Part shown: positions 34,301 to 46,300 of the stretch, in pieces
Layout of the letters: each line of letters begins with the position of its first letter
Numbering within the stretch: the first letter of the stretch is position 1
Source of the DNA: Acidimicrobiales bacterium
GTDB taxonomy: Bacteria > Actinomycetota > Acidimicrobiia > Acidimicrobiales > GCA-2861595
Direction of reading: 5' to 3'
DNA: 64,000 bases
Assembly (NCBI GenBank): GCA_035540975.1
Contig: DATLFN010000058.1
Location: forward strand, 463-64,462
Translations under genes and position numbers: made by a program
Notes under the pieces: model-generated
What the model saw: only the letters and a program-made list of their open reading frames with translations
What the model was told of the DNA's origin: nothing
The model's database searches: none

Positions 34301-37300
34301 GTCGCCACCGGCGACCACGCCGCGGCCGTCGGCCACGGCGCTGTCGAGGATCGACGCCGAGGCCGACGTCGAGATGGTGTTGGTGGCCGCCGCCCCGCCC
34401 AGGGCCACGGCGCCCGCCGCGCCGCCCGAGCCGGCCACGGCCACGGCCACGCCGACGGGGGTGGCCGTGATGGTCGGTGTGGTGGAGGCCGACACGACGA
34501 CGGCGTCGGCGGCGGTGACCTTGGAGCGCTCGACGCGGGCGCTGACCGTGTCGCTGATCTCGTTGACGGCGACGGACACGGCCACCGTGCCGCCCAGGGC
34601 GAAGCCGGGGCTGGCCGAGGCCGCCACCGAGACGGCGACCGTCGTGGCGGTGATCGTGGCCGAGTCGGTGGCCTCGACGGTCACGTCGGTACCCGACACG
34701 GTGGCGTCGGCGACGACGGCGGAGACGGCCGTGCTGGTGGTGTTGGTCGCCGCGGTGGCCGCCACCGACAGCGCCACCGAGACGGCGGCCACGTCGGCGG
34801 CCACGCCGATCGACGCCGCCGTGGCGGTGGCGGTGATGGCGGACGACTCGTCAGCCTCCACCACCACGTCGGCGCCGGTGGAGGTGACCGTGGCGTCGGA
34901 GACCAGGGCGCCCACGGCGCTCGAGACGTCGTTGACGGCCACCGCCGCGCCGAGGCTCACGGCGACGGCGCCGCCCCCGCCGATGGCCGCGCTCAGGCTG
35001 GCGACCGTCGGCGTGGCGGTGATGGTGGCGGCGTCGGTGGCCGTGACCGAGACGTCGCTGCCGGCGCTGACGCCCCGGCCGTCGGCCACCGTGCTGTCGA
35101 CGACGGACGCCGAGGCGGTGGTGGCCATGGTGTTGGTGGCGACGGCCCCGCCCAGGGCCACGGCGCCGGTGACGCCGCCCGAGCCGGCCACGGCGACGGC
35201 GACGCCGACCGGAGTGGCGGTGATCGTCGGCGTCGTCGATGCCGACACGGTGACGGCGTCGGTGGCGGTCACCTTGGTGCGCTCGACCTCGGCGCCGACG
35301 GTGTCGCTGATGGCGTTGACCGCCACCGACACGGCGAGCGAGCCGGCCAGGGCGAAGCCGGGAGCGGCCGAGGCCGAGACCGACACCGCCACGGTCACGG
35401 CGTTGATGGTGGCGGAGTCGGTGGCGGACACCGTCACGTCGTCGGCGGAGAGGATCGTGGAGTCGACGGCCGTGGCGGACACCGCGGTGGTGGTGGTGTT
35501 GGTGGCCGAGGTGGCGGCACCGGACAGCGCCACCGAGGCGGCGGAGATGCCGGCGGCCACGCTCACCGAGGCCGCCGTGGCGGTGGCCGTGATCGTCGAG
35601 GACTCGGAGGCGCTGACGGTGACGCTGCCGGTGGTGGACGTGAGCGTCGAGCCGGCGACCAGCGCGCTGACCGTGTTGGCGACGGTGTTGACCGCCACCG
35701 CCGCCCCGAGGCTGATGGCCACGGCGACGTCGCCGATCGCCACGCTGAGGCTGGCGACGGTGGGCGTCGCGGTGATCGTGGAGGTGTCCGTGGCGCTGAC
35801 GGTGATGGACGCCGCCGTGATCGTGCTCGGGTTCACCAGGGCGGCGACCGTCATGGTGACGGTGTTCGTGGTCGCCGCGCCGCCGAGGGCCAGGGCACCG
35901 GCACCGCCGCTGCCCGAGCCGGCGATGGCGATGGCCACGCCGACGGCGGTGGCGACGACCTCGGCGGTGCTCGAGGCGGAGACGGTGACCGCACCGGTGG
36001 CCGTGACGGTGGAGGACTGGACGGCGGCGGTGACCGAGTCGGTGATCTCGTTGACGGCCACGGACACCGCGGCGGCGGCGGCGAAGGCCAGGCCGGAGGG
36101 CGCGACCGACGCCGAGACGGCCACGCCCACCGCGGTGGCGGTGATCTTCGCCGAGTCGGTGGCCGTGACGGCCACGTCCGCCCCCGTGACCGTGCTGGCG
36201 TTGCGCACCCGCGCCTCGACGGTGTTGCCGATCGTGTTGGTGGCGACGGGAACGGCGGCGGAGACCGTGACGGCGGCGACCTGGAGGCCGACGCCCACCG
36301 CCACCGACGCCGCCGTCGGCGTGGCGGTGATGGCCGCCGCCTCGGTGGCCGACACCGCCACGTCGCCGCCGGCGTTCACGGTCGACCCGTCGACGACGGC
36401 GCTGACCGTGTTGGCGATCTCGTTGACGGCCACGGCGCCGCTGATGGCCAGGCCGACCGCCGTGCTGCCGACCGACACGGCGAGGCTGGCGGCCACCGGC
36501 GTGGCGTCGATGAACGAGCCGTCGGTCGCCGAGACCGTCACCGTCGACCCCGACACCGAGCTGCCGGTGACGAGGGCCGAGACGGTGTCGTCGATCGTGT
36601 TGCGGGCGAACGCGCCGCCCAGGGCGACGCCGGCGCTGGCGCCGTTCTGCGACCAGGCGCCCGACACGGCCACGCCCACGGCGACCGAGTCGATGTTCGC
36701 CGTCTCCGAGGCGGTGACGGCGACGGCGCCGCCGGCCGTGATGGTCGAGCCGGTGACGGTGGCGGACACGGAGTTGGTGATGTCGTCGATCGCCACCGAG
36801 GCGCCGACGGCACCGGCCACGCCCACGTCGCCGGTGGCGAGGGCGAGGGCCACGGCGGTGACGGTGGCCGAGATGGTGGAGCCGTCCGAGGCGGAGACGG
36901 TGACGCCGCCGGGAGTGACCGCCGTGGTGCCGGTGATCGAGGCCGAGACGGTGTTGTCGACCTTGTTGATGGCCACCGCGCCGCTGCCGGCCAGGGCGAA
37001 GCCGGCGGTGGTGCCGCTGGACAGGGCGCCGCCGATGGAGACGGCCGAGGCGGTGATCGACGAGGTGGAGGTGGCGGTCACGCTGACCCCGCCGGCGCCG
37101 GCCACGACCGACGGGACGGCCACCGACGCCGTGACGGTGTTGGCGATGGTGTTGGAGCCGACGCCGGCCGAGCCGGCCACCGAGGCGCTGACGTCGGAGC
37201 CGTTGGAGCCGACCAGGGCGCCCGCCACCATGACGGCGTCGATGTCCGAGGTGTCCGAGGCGGCGACGGTGACGGCGCCGGCGGAGGCGATCGAGCTGTT

Positions 37301-40300
37301 GTCCCGGACCAGGGCCTCGACCGTGTTGGCCACCGTGTTGACGGCCACGGCGGCGGCCAGGCCGAAGGCCAGCGAGCCACCGCCGCCGCTGTTCGAGGCA
37401 CCCACGGCACCGGCGAAGGCGGTGCTGGAGACGGTGGCGCCGGACGTGGCCGTCACCGACACGGAGCCCGTCTTCGCCGCCGTCGTCCCGAGGGGCGAGG
37501 CGTCGACGATGGCCCGGACGGTGTTGGTGACGGAGGCGACGACGACCCCGGCGCCGATGGCGGCGCCGCCGCCGAAGCCCTGGCCGCCGTTGGCGATCTG
37601 GATGGCGATCGCCCCGGCTGTGGCGCTGGTCGAGGAGGCGTCGGAAGCGGCGACGGTCACGGGGCCCGCCGTGGTGATGGCACCGGACTGGATGACGGCC
37701 GTGGTGGTGTTGGCGACCGTGTTCGAGATGCCCGAGCCGGCACCGGCCAGGCCGGCCGTGGAGCCCTGGCCCGTGCTCACCGAGCCGGCGATGCCGATGG
37801 CGACGGCCGACACGGTGGCGGTGGAGGACGAGGTGACCGACACGCCGGCGGCGGCCGTGACGGGCGAGTCGGTGACGGCGGCGGTGACGACATCGGCCAC
37901 GTCGTTGACCACCACGGCGGCACCGACGGTGACCGACCCGCCGAAGCCGCTGCCGGTGACGTTCAGCGAGGCGGCCAGCCCGCCGGCGTCGGCGTCGATG
38001 TCGGACTCGTCGACGGCGGCGACGGTGACCGCCCCGCCGGTGGTGGTGACGGGCGAGTCGGTGATCAGAGCCTCGACGGTCAGGCGGACGGTGTTGCCGG
38101 AGCCGGCCCCGGCGCCGGTGCCCCCGATGCCGCCCTGCTGGCTCTGCGAGAAGCTGCCCGTACCGGCCAGGCTCAGGGCGTCGACGGTGGCGCGGGCCGT
38201 CGCCGTCACGGTGACCGACTGGGCCTGGACGGCGGGCACCGAGGTGATGGCCGCCTGCACCGTGCGGGTGATCGAGTTCGACGAGGCCGAGATGGCGACC
38301 GATACGTTGAACACGCCGCCCTGGCTCTTGCTCACGGCCAGCGTGGCGGCGCCGGCGTCGGCCGTGATGGTCGACTCGTCGAGGGCGGTGATGGCGAGCG
38401 CGCCGCCCACGCTGAGCACCGGGGTGGCCGTGACGAGGGCGACGGTGGAGCCGGTGACGGTGTTGCCCGAGCCGGAGCCGGCACCGGTGAAGTTGATCCC
38501 GCCGCCCTGGCTGGTGCTGGTGACGGTGCCGGCGATGCCGAAGGTGAAGGCGTCGATGGTGGCGTCGGACGTGGCGGAGACCGTGAGGTTCCCGCCGACG
38601 GTGACCGACGCCGAGGCGACGGTGGCGAGCACGTCGGCGTTGATCTCGTTGACGGCGAGCGCGGCACCGACCGTGACGTCGGCGCCACCGCTCTGGCGGG
38701 ATGACAGCCCGACGGCGGCCCCGCCGGCGTCGGCGTTGATCGTGGAGGTGTCGGAGGCCGACACGGCGGCGTCGCCGGTGACGTTCACGACGGCACCCGT
38801 GCGGACGGCGGCCTCGACGTCGCTGTCGACCGTGTTCTTGGAGGCGGCGCCGGCGCCGGCCAGGGAGAACCCGGACCCGCCGCCGCTGCCGCCATGCGTC
38901 GCCGTGAGCCCGCCGGCGAACGTGAGGGCGTCGATGGTGGCGTTGGCCGTGGCCGAGACGGTGGCCCCGGCGGCGGTGACGGTGCTCGACTCGACGGTCG
39001 CCGTGGTCTCGGTGTCGACGCCGTTGAACGCGATGGACGCACCGAGGGCGACGGCGCCGGGTGGGCCCTTGTTCAGCACCACGGCGACGGCGCCGGCGTC
39101 GACCTTGATCGACGCGTCGTTCACGGCCGTCACCGACAGGTCCCCGCCGGCGACCACCGTGGCCCCCGAGACGGACGCCTTGGTGCGGTTGGCGATGCCG
39201 TTGGCGCCGCCGCTGCCGGCACCGGCGAACGAAACGCCGCCGCTGCCACCGCCGCCGCTGCCGCCGCCGGTCGAAGCGCTGCCGGCGATGCCGAGGGCCA
39301 GCACGGCGATGGCGGCCAGGGAGGACGCCTGCACCGACACCAGCGAACCGGCCAGGACCGAGGTGCCCGGCTCGATGGAGGCGAAGACGTCGTTGGCCAC
39401 GTCGTTGAAGCCGAGGCCGGCCGCCACGGTGAGGCTGTTGCCGCTGCCCGACGTCTTAACGGCGACCGCGGCGGCCGCCGTGTCGGCGTCGATCGTGGAG
39501 GTGTCGGTGGCCGTGATGGACACCGAGCCGGCGGTGGCCGTGACCGACGACGTGCCCCGCACGGCGGCCCGCACGACGTTGGCGACGCTGTTGACGGTGA
39601 CGGCGCCGGCGCCCACGGCCGAGAACCGGCCGTTGCCCGAGCCGCTGCTGTTGGTCTGCACGGCACCCGCCCCGGCCACCGCCAGGGCGTCGATGGTGGA
39701 GGAGGAGGTAGCCGAGATGGCGACGTCCTGGGCTGCCGTCACCGTGGAGTCGTCCACCAGCGCCTCGACGGTGTTGGCCACGTCGTTGATGGCGACGGAG
39801 GCGCCGAAGGCCAGCGTGTTGCCGCTTGTGACGGCCACGGCGGCGGCACCGGCGTCGGCCGTGACCACGGTGGCGTCGGAGGCGGCGACGGTGACCGAAC
39901 CGCCGGCGCTCACGTCCGAGCCGTCGAGCCCGGCGCGGGCGGTGTTGGCCACGCCGTTGAAGACCACGCTGCCGGCCAGGTCGAAGCTCCAGGGCGTGCC
40001 GCCGCTGCGCTGCTGGCTCCCGGAGATGGTGGCGGCCAGGCCGATGGCCAAGGCGTAGACGTCGGCCTCGGTGCCGGCCTCGATCACCACGTCGCCGGCC
40101 GCGTCGACGTCCGACCCCACCACGGTGGCCTCGGCGTCGCCGTCGGTGGTGTTGACGGCGATGGCGGCGCCCACGTTCACGCTGCTGCCGCTCGGGAACA
40201 GCACGAGGGTGGCGACGCCGGCGATGGCGTCGATCTCGCTGCTGTCGGACGCCGACACCTTCACCTGGCCGGCGGCGGAGACGCCGTTCGGGGCGGCCGC

Positions 40301-43300
40301 GTTGGTGATCCGGGCGGACACGTCGTTGTCGATCTCGTTCTTGGTGACGGCCCCGGCGCCGTTGAAGGCGATCGAGCCGCCGCCGCTGGAGCTCTGCGTC
40401 CCGTTGGTGGCGGCGCCGGCGATGGCGAGGGAGAAGATGGTCGCCGACTCCAGGCCCTCGACGAGCACGTCGCCGCCGGCGGCCACGTCGGACGAGTCGA
40501 CGAGGGCGTTCACGTCGTTGGCGATGGAGTTGATGGCCACCGAGGCGCCCAGGGTCACGGCCGTTCCGCCGGTCCGGGCCAGGGCGGCGGCGCCGGCGTC
40601 GGCGTCGATGTCGGAGGTGTCGGACGCCCGGACGGTGACGTCCCCGGTGCCGCCGGTGAGCACCGTGGAGCCGGTCCGCACGATGGCCTCCACCACGGTG
40701 GCGATCGAGTTGCCGCTCCCGGCGCCCGCACCGGTGAAGTTGAACCCACCGCCGCTGCTGCCCCCGCCGCCGGAGGAGAGGGCGCCGCCGATGGCGATGG
40801 TGAGGGCGAAGATCCCGGCGTCCTCGGTGGCGAGGACGTCGACGGCCCCGGTGGCGGCCAGCGAGGACGCCTCGACCAGGGCGCGGACCACGTTGTCGAC
40901 GTCGTTGAAGGCGAGGGCCACGCCGAGGCTGAACCCGTTGGCCGCCTGCCCCGAGCCGCTGGCCTGGGTCAGGGACAGGGCGCCGGCGATGGCCTCGATA
41001 CGGGTGGTGTCGTCCGCCTTCACGGTGATCGAGGCCGCCCTCAGGCTGCTGGCGTTGCCCACCGAGGCGGTGGTGGTGGCGACCACCTCGTTGAGCGACC
41101 ACGTGCCGGCCGCGGCGCCGACGAACGGGCCGCCGCTGCCGCCGCTGCTCGAGGCCAGCGACGCCGCCCCGCCGATGGTCAGGGCGAAGATCGAGAGGTC
41201 CGAGACGGCCTGGACGTCGAGGTCGCCGGCGACGACGAGGTCGGTGTCGTCCACCAGCGCCGACACCGCGGCCGAGATGTCGTTGAAGGCGAAGGAGATG
41301 CCGAAGGACAGCGACGTCCCGCCCTTGGTGCCGCCGGCCACCCGGGCGATGGACACGCCGCCGCTGTCGGCGGTGACGTCCGAGGAGTCGGTCGCCCGCA
41401 CGAGGACGCCGCCGCCGTCGGTCGTCGTGACGGCGCCGCCCACGACCTCGGCCTTCACGACCGACGTGATGTGGTTCACCGAGCCGGCCGCCGCCCCGGC
41501 CAGGGCGAACGGGGCGCCGCCGCTGCCGCTGCCGCCGGAGGCGCTCTGCGACTCGTTCACCAGCGCACCGGCCACCGCGATGATCAGGATCTCGGCCGCC
41601 GAGCTGGCCACGACTTTCACGTCGCCGGCGGCGTCGACCGTCGTGTTCACGAGGTGGGCGACCACCGTCTGGGAGAGCGTGGTGATGGCGGCGGAGGCGC
41701 CGACCGAGGCGTCGATGCTGTTGGCGCCGCCGCCGCCCTGGCCCGGGTTCTGGTTCTGGCCGTTCTGCTGCGTCTGGTCCCGCAGGTTGACGGCGAAGGC
41801 GCCGGCGATCACCAGCAGCTCGCTGAAGTCGGCGTCGGAGGCGTAGGCGGCCCGCACGTCCAGGGCGACGTCCGCCGGGTCGGTGCCGTCGCCGGTGGTG
41901 ATCGTGGCCCCGTCGACCAGCGCCTCGATGGTGCCGGCCACGTCCAGCCAGGTGATGGAGCCGGCGATGGCGGCCGTGTTGTCGACGTTGGCGCCGGCCG
42001 CCGCCACCAGCCGCACCTTGTCGTCGGCGGTGGCGTCGACCACGACCTTCTTGGCGGTCACGGTGCGGGCGCCGATCGTGGCCAGGACGCTGCGGTCGAC
42101 GTCGAACCAGCCGAAGGCCACGCCCACGCCGATCTTCACGCCGCCGGCGGCCGAGCCGGCGATGATCGTGACGTCGTTGCGGTCCGCGGCGTCGACGGTG
42201 AGCGTGCCCCCGATCGTGAGCGGCGACCCGGCGTCGAGGCGGACCTCGACGACCTTGGTGAGGGAGACGGCGGCGGCCGAGCCGGCCAGCCCGAACTCCT
42301 CGGCGCCCTTCTCGGAGGCGGCGGCGACGGAGATTCCCTTCACCTCGGATGAGGCCTTGACGGAGACGTCACCCGGGACCGTGCCGTTGACGGTGCCGGC
42401 GACGAAGGCTCGCACGGTGACGTCGAAGAGGTTGACGTCGATCCCGGCGCCGAAGCCGAACTTCGTCTGGCGGGCGTAGCCGCCGGCGTCAGACGTGAGC
42501 TGGATGACGTCCTTCGCCTCGACCCTGATGCTGTCGGGGTCGGTGATGACCGTGGCGCTCCCGACGCTCGCCTCGGTCGTGTTGGTGACCTGGTTGAGGT
42601 TGACCGCTCCGGCCACGGCTGCGGTGCCGCTTGACGGTTGCTGTTGCTGCCCAGCCGGTGGCCCGCGGATGCCGCCCGCCGCGCTGGCCGACGTGGAGAT
42701 CAGGCGGGTGTCGGTGGTGGCGATGATGCTGACGTTCTGCACGTCGGCGACGGTGACGTCGCCGGTGCGGGCGGTGGTGATCTGGTTCACCACGTTGTTC
42801 GTGAAGCTGCCGGCGATGCCCACCGAGGTGTTGGACTGGTTGGCGGGCGGCTGGTTGCCCTGGCTGCTGGTGGTGCTGGAGTTCTTGGTGCTGGCCCGGT
42901 CGAGGGCGTAGGGCGCCGAGATGGCCACGATCATGCCGTTGGCTGCCGCCTTGATGCGCAGGTCGCCGCCGATGGTGATGGTGCCGCCGCCGTCGAGGAC
43001 GGCGTCGGTGACGGTGGCCACGTCGTTCCAGGAGACGACGCCCGAGATGTCCATGCCGCCGGCGCTCTTGGCACCCTGCTGGGTGGTGTTGGTGCTGCTG
43101 GCGTTCTGCTGGGTGCCACCGGTGTTGGTGCCGGCCGGCTTCACCTGGCCGCCGAGGGCCTCGCCGGCGATGGCGATGGCGTAGAGGCGGGTGCCGGTAG
43201 AGGCGAGGATCACCACGTCACCCGTGGTCGTGACGTTCCCCGCCGGCGTGGCCCCGCCGTTGACGTTCCCCCGGATCGCCCTGGCCGTCGCGTCGACGTC

Positions 43301-46300
43301 GTTGACGGCGATGGAGATGCCGGCGCCGAGGCTGGTCTCGCCGGTGGCCGGGTCCTTCTGGATGCTGCCGGCGAACACGACGGCGATCACGTCGCTGGTG
43401 GCGTCCAGCGTGAGGTGCACGGCGGTGACGGTGGCGCCGTCCTCCAGCACCGCGGTGGCCGCGTTGGTGGCGCCGGAGAGGACGATGGTGCCGGCGATGC
43501 CGAAGTCCTTGGCCGCCGCGCCCGCCTCGGCCACCGTGACGGTGAGCGTGCGGGCATCGGCGCTCACCAGCACGTCGCCGCCGGGAGCGGAGAGCGTCGC
43601 CCCGTCGTCGACGACGGCGCTGGCCGTATTGGCCTTGGACGTCTTGAGGAAGGTGACGCCCACCGCGCTGCCGTCGCTCTTGGCGCTGATCTGGATCTTG
43701 GTGTTCTGGTCCTTGTCGCTGTCGACCGTGCCGAAGAACGAGAGCACCGAGGCGAACCCGCCGAGGTCCACCGTCTCGGAGAGAGCCTGGGCGTCGACGT
43801 GGATGCTCGGCCGGCGCACGGCATGGGTCCCGGCGACGGCCGGCAGGTCGGCCGTCTTGAGGTCCAGGCCGGTGCCGCGCCGGGCGAGCTCGCGGGTCCT
43901 GGCCAGCTTGACCTTGTCGGCGTCCACCTTGATCACGTAGTAGGTCTCGCCGTCCACCAGGCCGTGGACGGCGGTCGTGGTCGCGTCCTTGCGGTAGGTC
44001 ACCGCGTCGCCCGTCTCGAACCCGTGGGCCGTGAGAGTGAGCTCGTCGGTGGTCTCGTTGACCGCCGAGGTGCCCGCGAACGTCTTCTGGACCACGGGCC
44101 CGGCGGTGACGTCGGCGCCGCTGTCCACGTGGGCGGCGGCGGCGTTGGCGACGGTGAGGAACAGGAAGCTGCCGCCGAAGGCGAACTTCGTCTGCGCCTG
44201 CTGTTGGCCACCCGTCCCGGTGTTGCTCTGCTGGGTGGTGGCCGACTCCTTGGCGGCACTGGCCCCCACGTAGGTGTTGGCCTTGCCGCCCGCCACCGCC
44301 GAGTTGCGGTCGATGAAGCCCTGGAGGAAGTCGAGCTTGGCGACGGTGTCGGCCAGGTCCTGCTCGAGGTCCGTGGCCGGGTCCTTCGACACGAAGTCCC
44401 AGATGTCCTTGATGGCGTCGTACCAGGGATCGTCGTCGATGTCGGGGACGTTGAGGCTGACGTCGAGCAACTTGGCCAGGTCGGCGTCGACGGCCAGGGC
44501 CTTGGGCATGGTGGCCTCGGCCACCACGTTGACGTCCTTGGTCGCGGTGACGCTGGCCGCGCCGATGGAGGCGTCGGCGTCGTTGTCGTAGGTGGCGAAG
44601 GCGATGCCGCCGGCCAGGGCGGTCTGCCCGCCCGCGCTCGACCCGCCGATGGCGATGGTGGAGAAGGTGTCCTCGGTACGGGCCAGCACGAGCACGACGT
44701 CGGCGTTCACCACGGCGCCGTCGGCGATCTCGGCCACGGCGGAGTTGCCGCTGAAGGCCAGCACCAGCGCGGCGGCGAACTCCAGGCTGAGCTGGTTGTT
44801 GGCGCCGGTCTGGGGGTTGGTTCCCTGGGCCTGCGACGTCTGCTGGGTGTTCTGGCTGGCCGGGGTCGACTGCTGACCGCCCCGCACCAGCGAGCGGGCC
44901 CGGGTCTCGTTCTCCTTGTTCACCGAGCGGGCCTCCACCGTCACCTTGCCGTGGTTCGCCGTGGTGGACGACGTGGTGCCGTCGAGGACGGCCCGGGCGT
45001 TGGAGTCGGCCTGGCTGATGGCAATGCCGGCGGCGATCCCCCTGCTGGTCGGCTTGATGACCAGGCTCTCGGTGGCCACCTTGAAGGTGTTCTCGACCGC
45101 CGCCCGCACGGTGACGTTGCGCCCGGTGAGGCTGGGCGTGGCCATGGCGATGTCGGCGTTCGAGACCGGGCGTCCGTAGGTGACGGCCAGCGAGGGGCCG
45201 CTGGCCTGCTTCTTCGGGGCGGAGGCGTTGGCCGTGGTGCTCTGGTTCTCGACGCCGCCGACCACCCACGTCTTGGCGTCGAGCTCGTTGACGACCCCGG
45301 CCAGGATGGCGAGGTCGCCGGTGGCGTTGACGGTGACGGTGCCCTCGAGCACCACCGTGGCCGTGCCCTTGGAGACGGCGACGGTGAAGCCGTAGTCCTC
45401 GGCGCTCCAGTTGTCACCGGCGTTGGGCGTCTCCGGCTTGGTCTTCAGGGCCACCGTGTGGAGGAAGACGTCGGAGAGGGCCTTGGCCTCGATGGTGGTG
45501 TCGCCGGTCGAGGTGATGGTCACCAGGTCCCGCAGCGTGAGCGTGCTCTCCGAGCGGCCGAACACGCCTTGGGCCCGCACGCCGGAGATGTCGAGCAGCG
45601 GGTCCTGGGCGCCGATCAGGTCGAGACCCGACTCGACGAGGCTCGGGATCTCGAACCCGAGGAGGCTCGCCAGCAGGTCGAGGGTGGTGAGCTGCTGGCC
45701 CGACTGGAGGATGCGGTGGACCTTGCGCACCTCGACGAACGGGTCGCTGGTCTCGTCGGTCAGGGTGGCCTCGGTCGTGAGGGTGAGCACGGTCGCGGTG
45801 AGCGAGTCGATCTGGTACATGCCGTTGTTGGAGCCGGTGCCCAGCACGTAGATCTCGTTGCCGGCGGCGAAGCCCTCGGCCGTCCAGTCGCCCTCCTCGC
45901 GGGTGATGGTGCGCCCGGATGCGGCGAAGGTGAGCTTCTTGAAGTCCTTGGCCGCCACCTCGGGGTCGAGGGCCACGATGGGAGGGGCGGTGACCTCGAA
46001 GGCCTTGATGGTGACGTCGGTGTCGCCGGTGGTGGGGGACAGCGTCTCCGTGGCGACGATGGTGATCTTGGTGGCCTCGACGGTGAGGACGTGGAACTCG
46101 CCGTCGTTGGCCGTGCTCCCGGTGATGCGGACGATCTGGCCCGCCTTGAACCCGTCGTCCACGAAGCTGCCCGAGGCGCGGGTGATGGAGTCAGCCCCGG
46201 TGCCGCCGTCCACGAAGTCGACCGTGCCGGTGAAGGTGGCCTTCTCCTCCTCCTCGGCGTCGAAGAGGGTGATGACGTCCAGGTTGATGTCCGCCAGCTT

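Noticed and set aside
30780-36740. Regularly spaced repeats that might be mistaken for a CRISPR array or a satellite
   Set aside because: The period is ~750 nt, not 60-75 nt. The copies are diverged, have no short-repeat/unique-spacer structure, and are entirely in frame within a coding sequence.
22187-38704. 5,505-aa plus-strand ORF, the longest in the track after the giant gene
   Set aside because: It is antisense to the giant gene repeat core. Its translation is Gly/Asp/Arg/His/Val low complexity with no motif. It stays open only because the reverse complements of GCC/GTC/ACC/GGC-type codons contain no stops. The sense frame carries recognisable domains and spans the full 37.8 kb.
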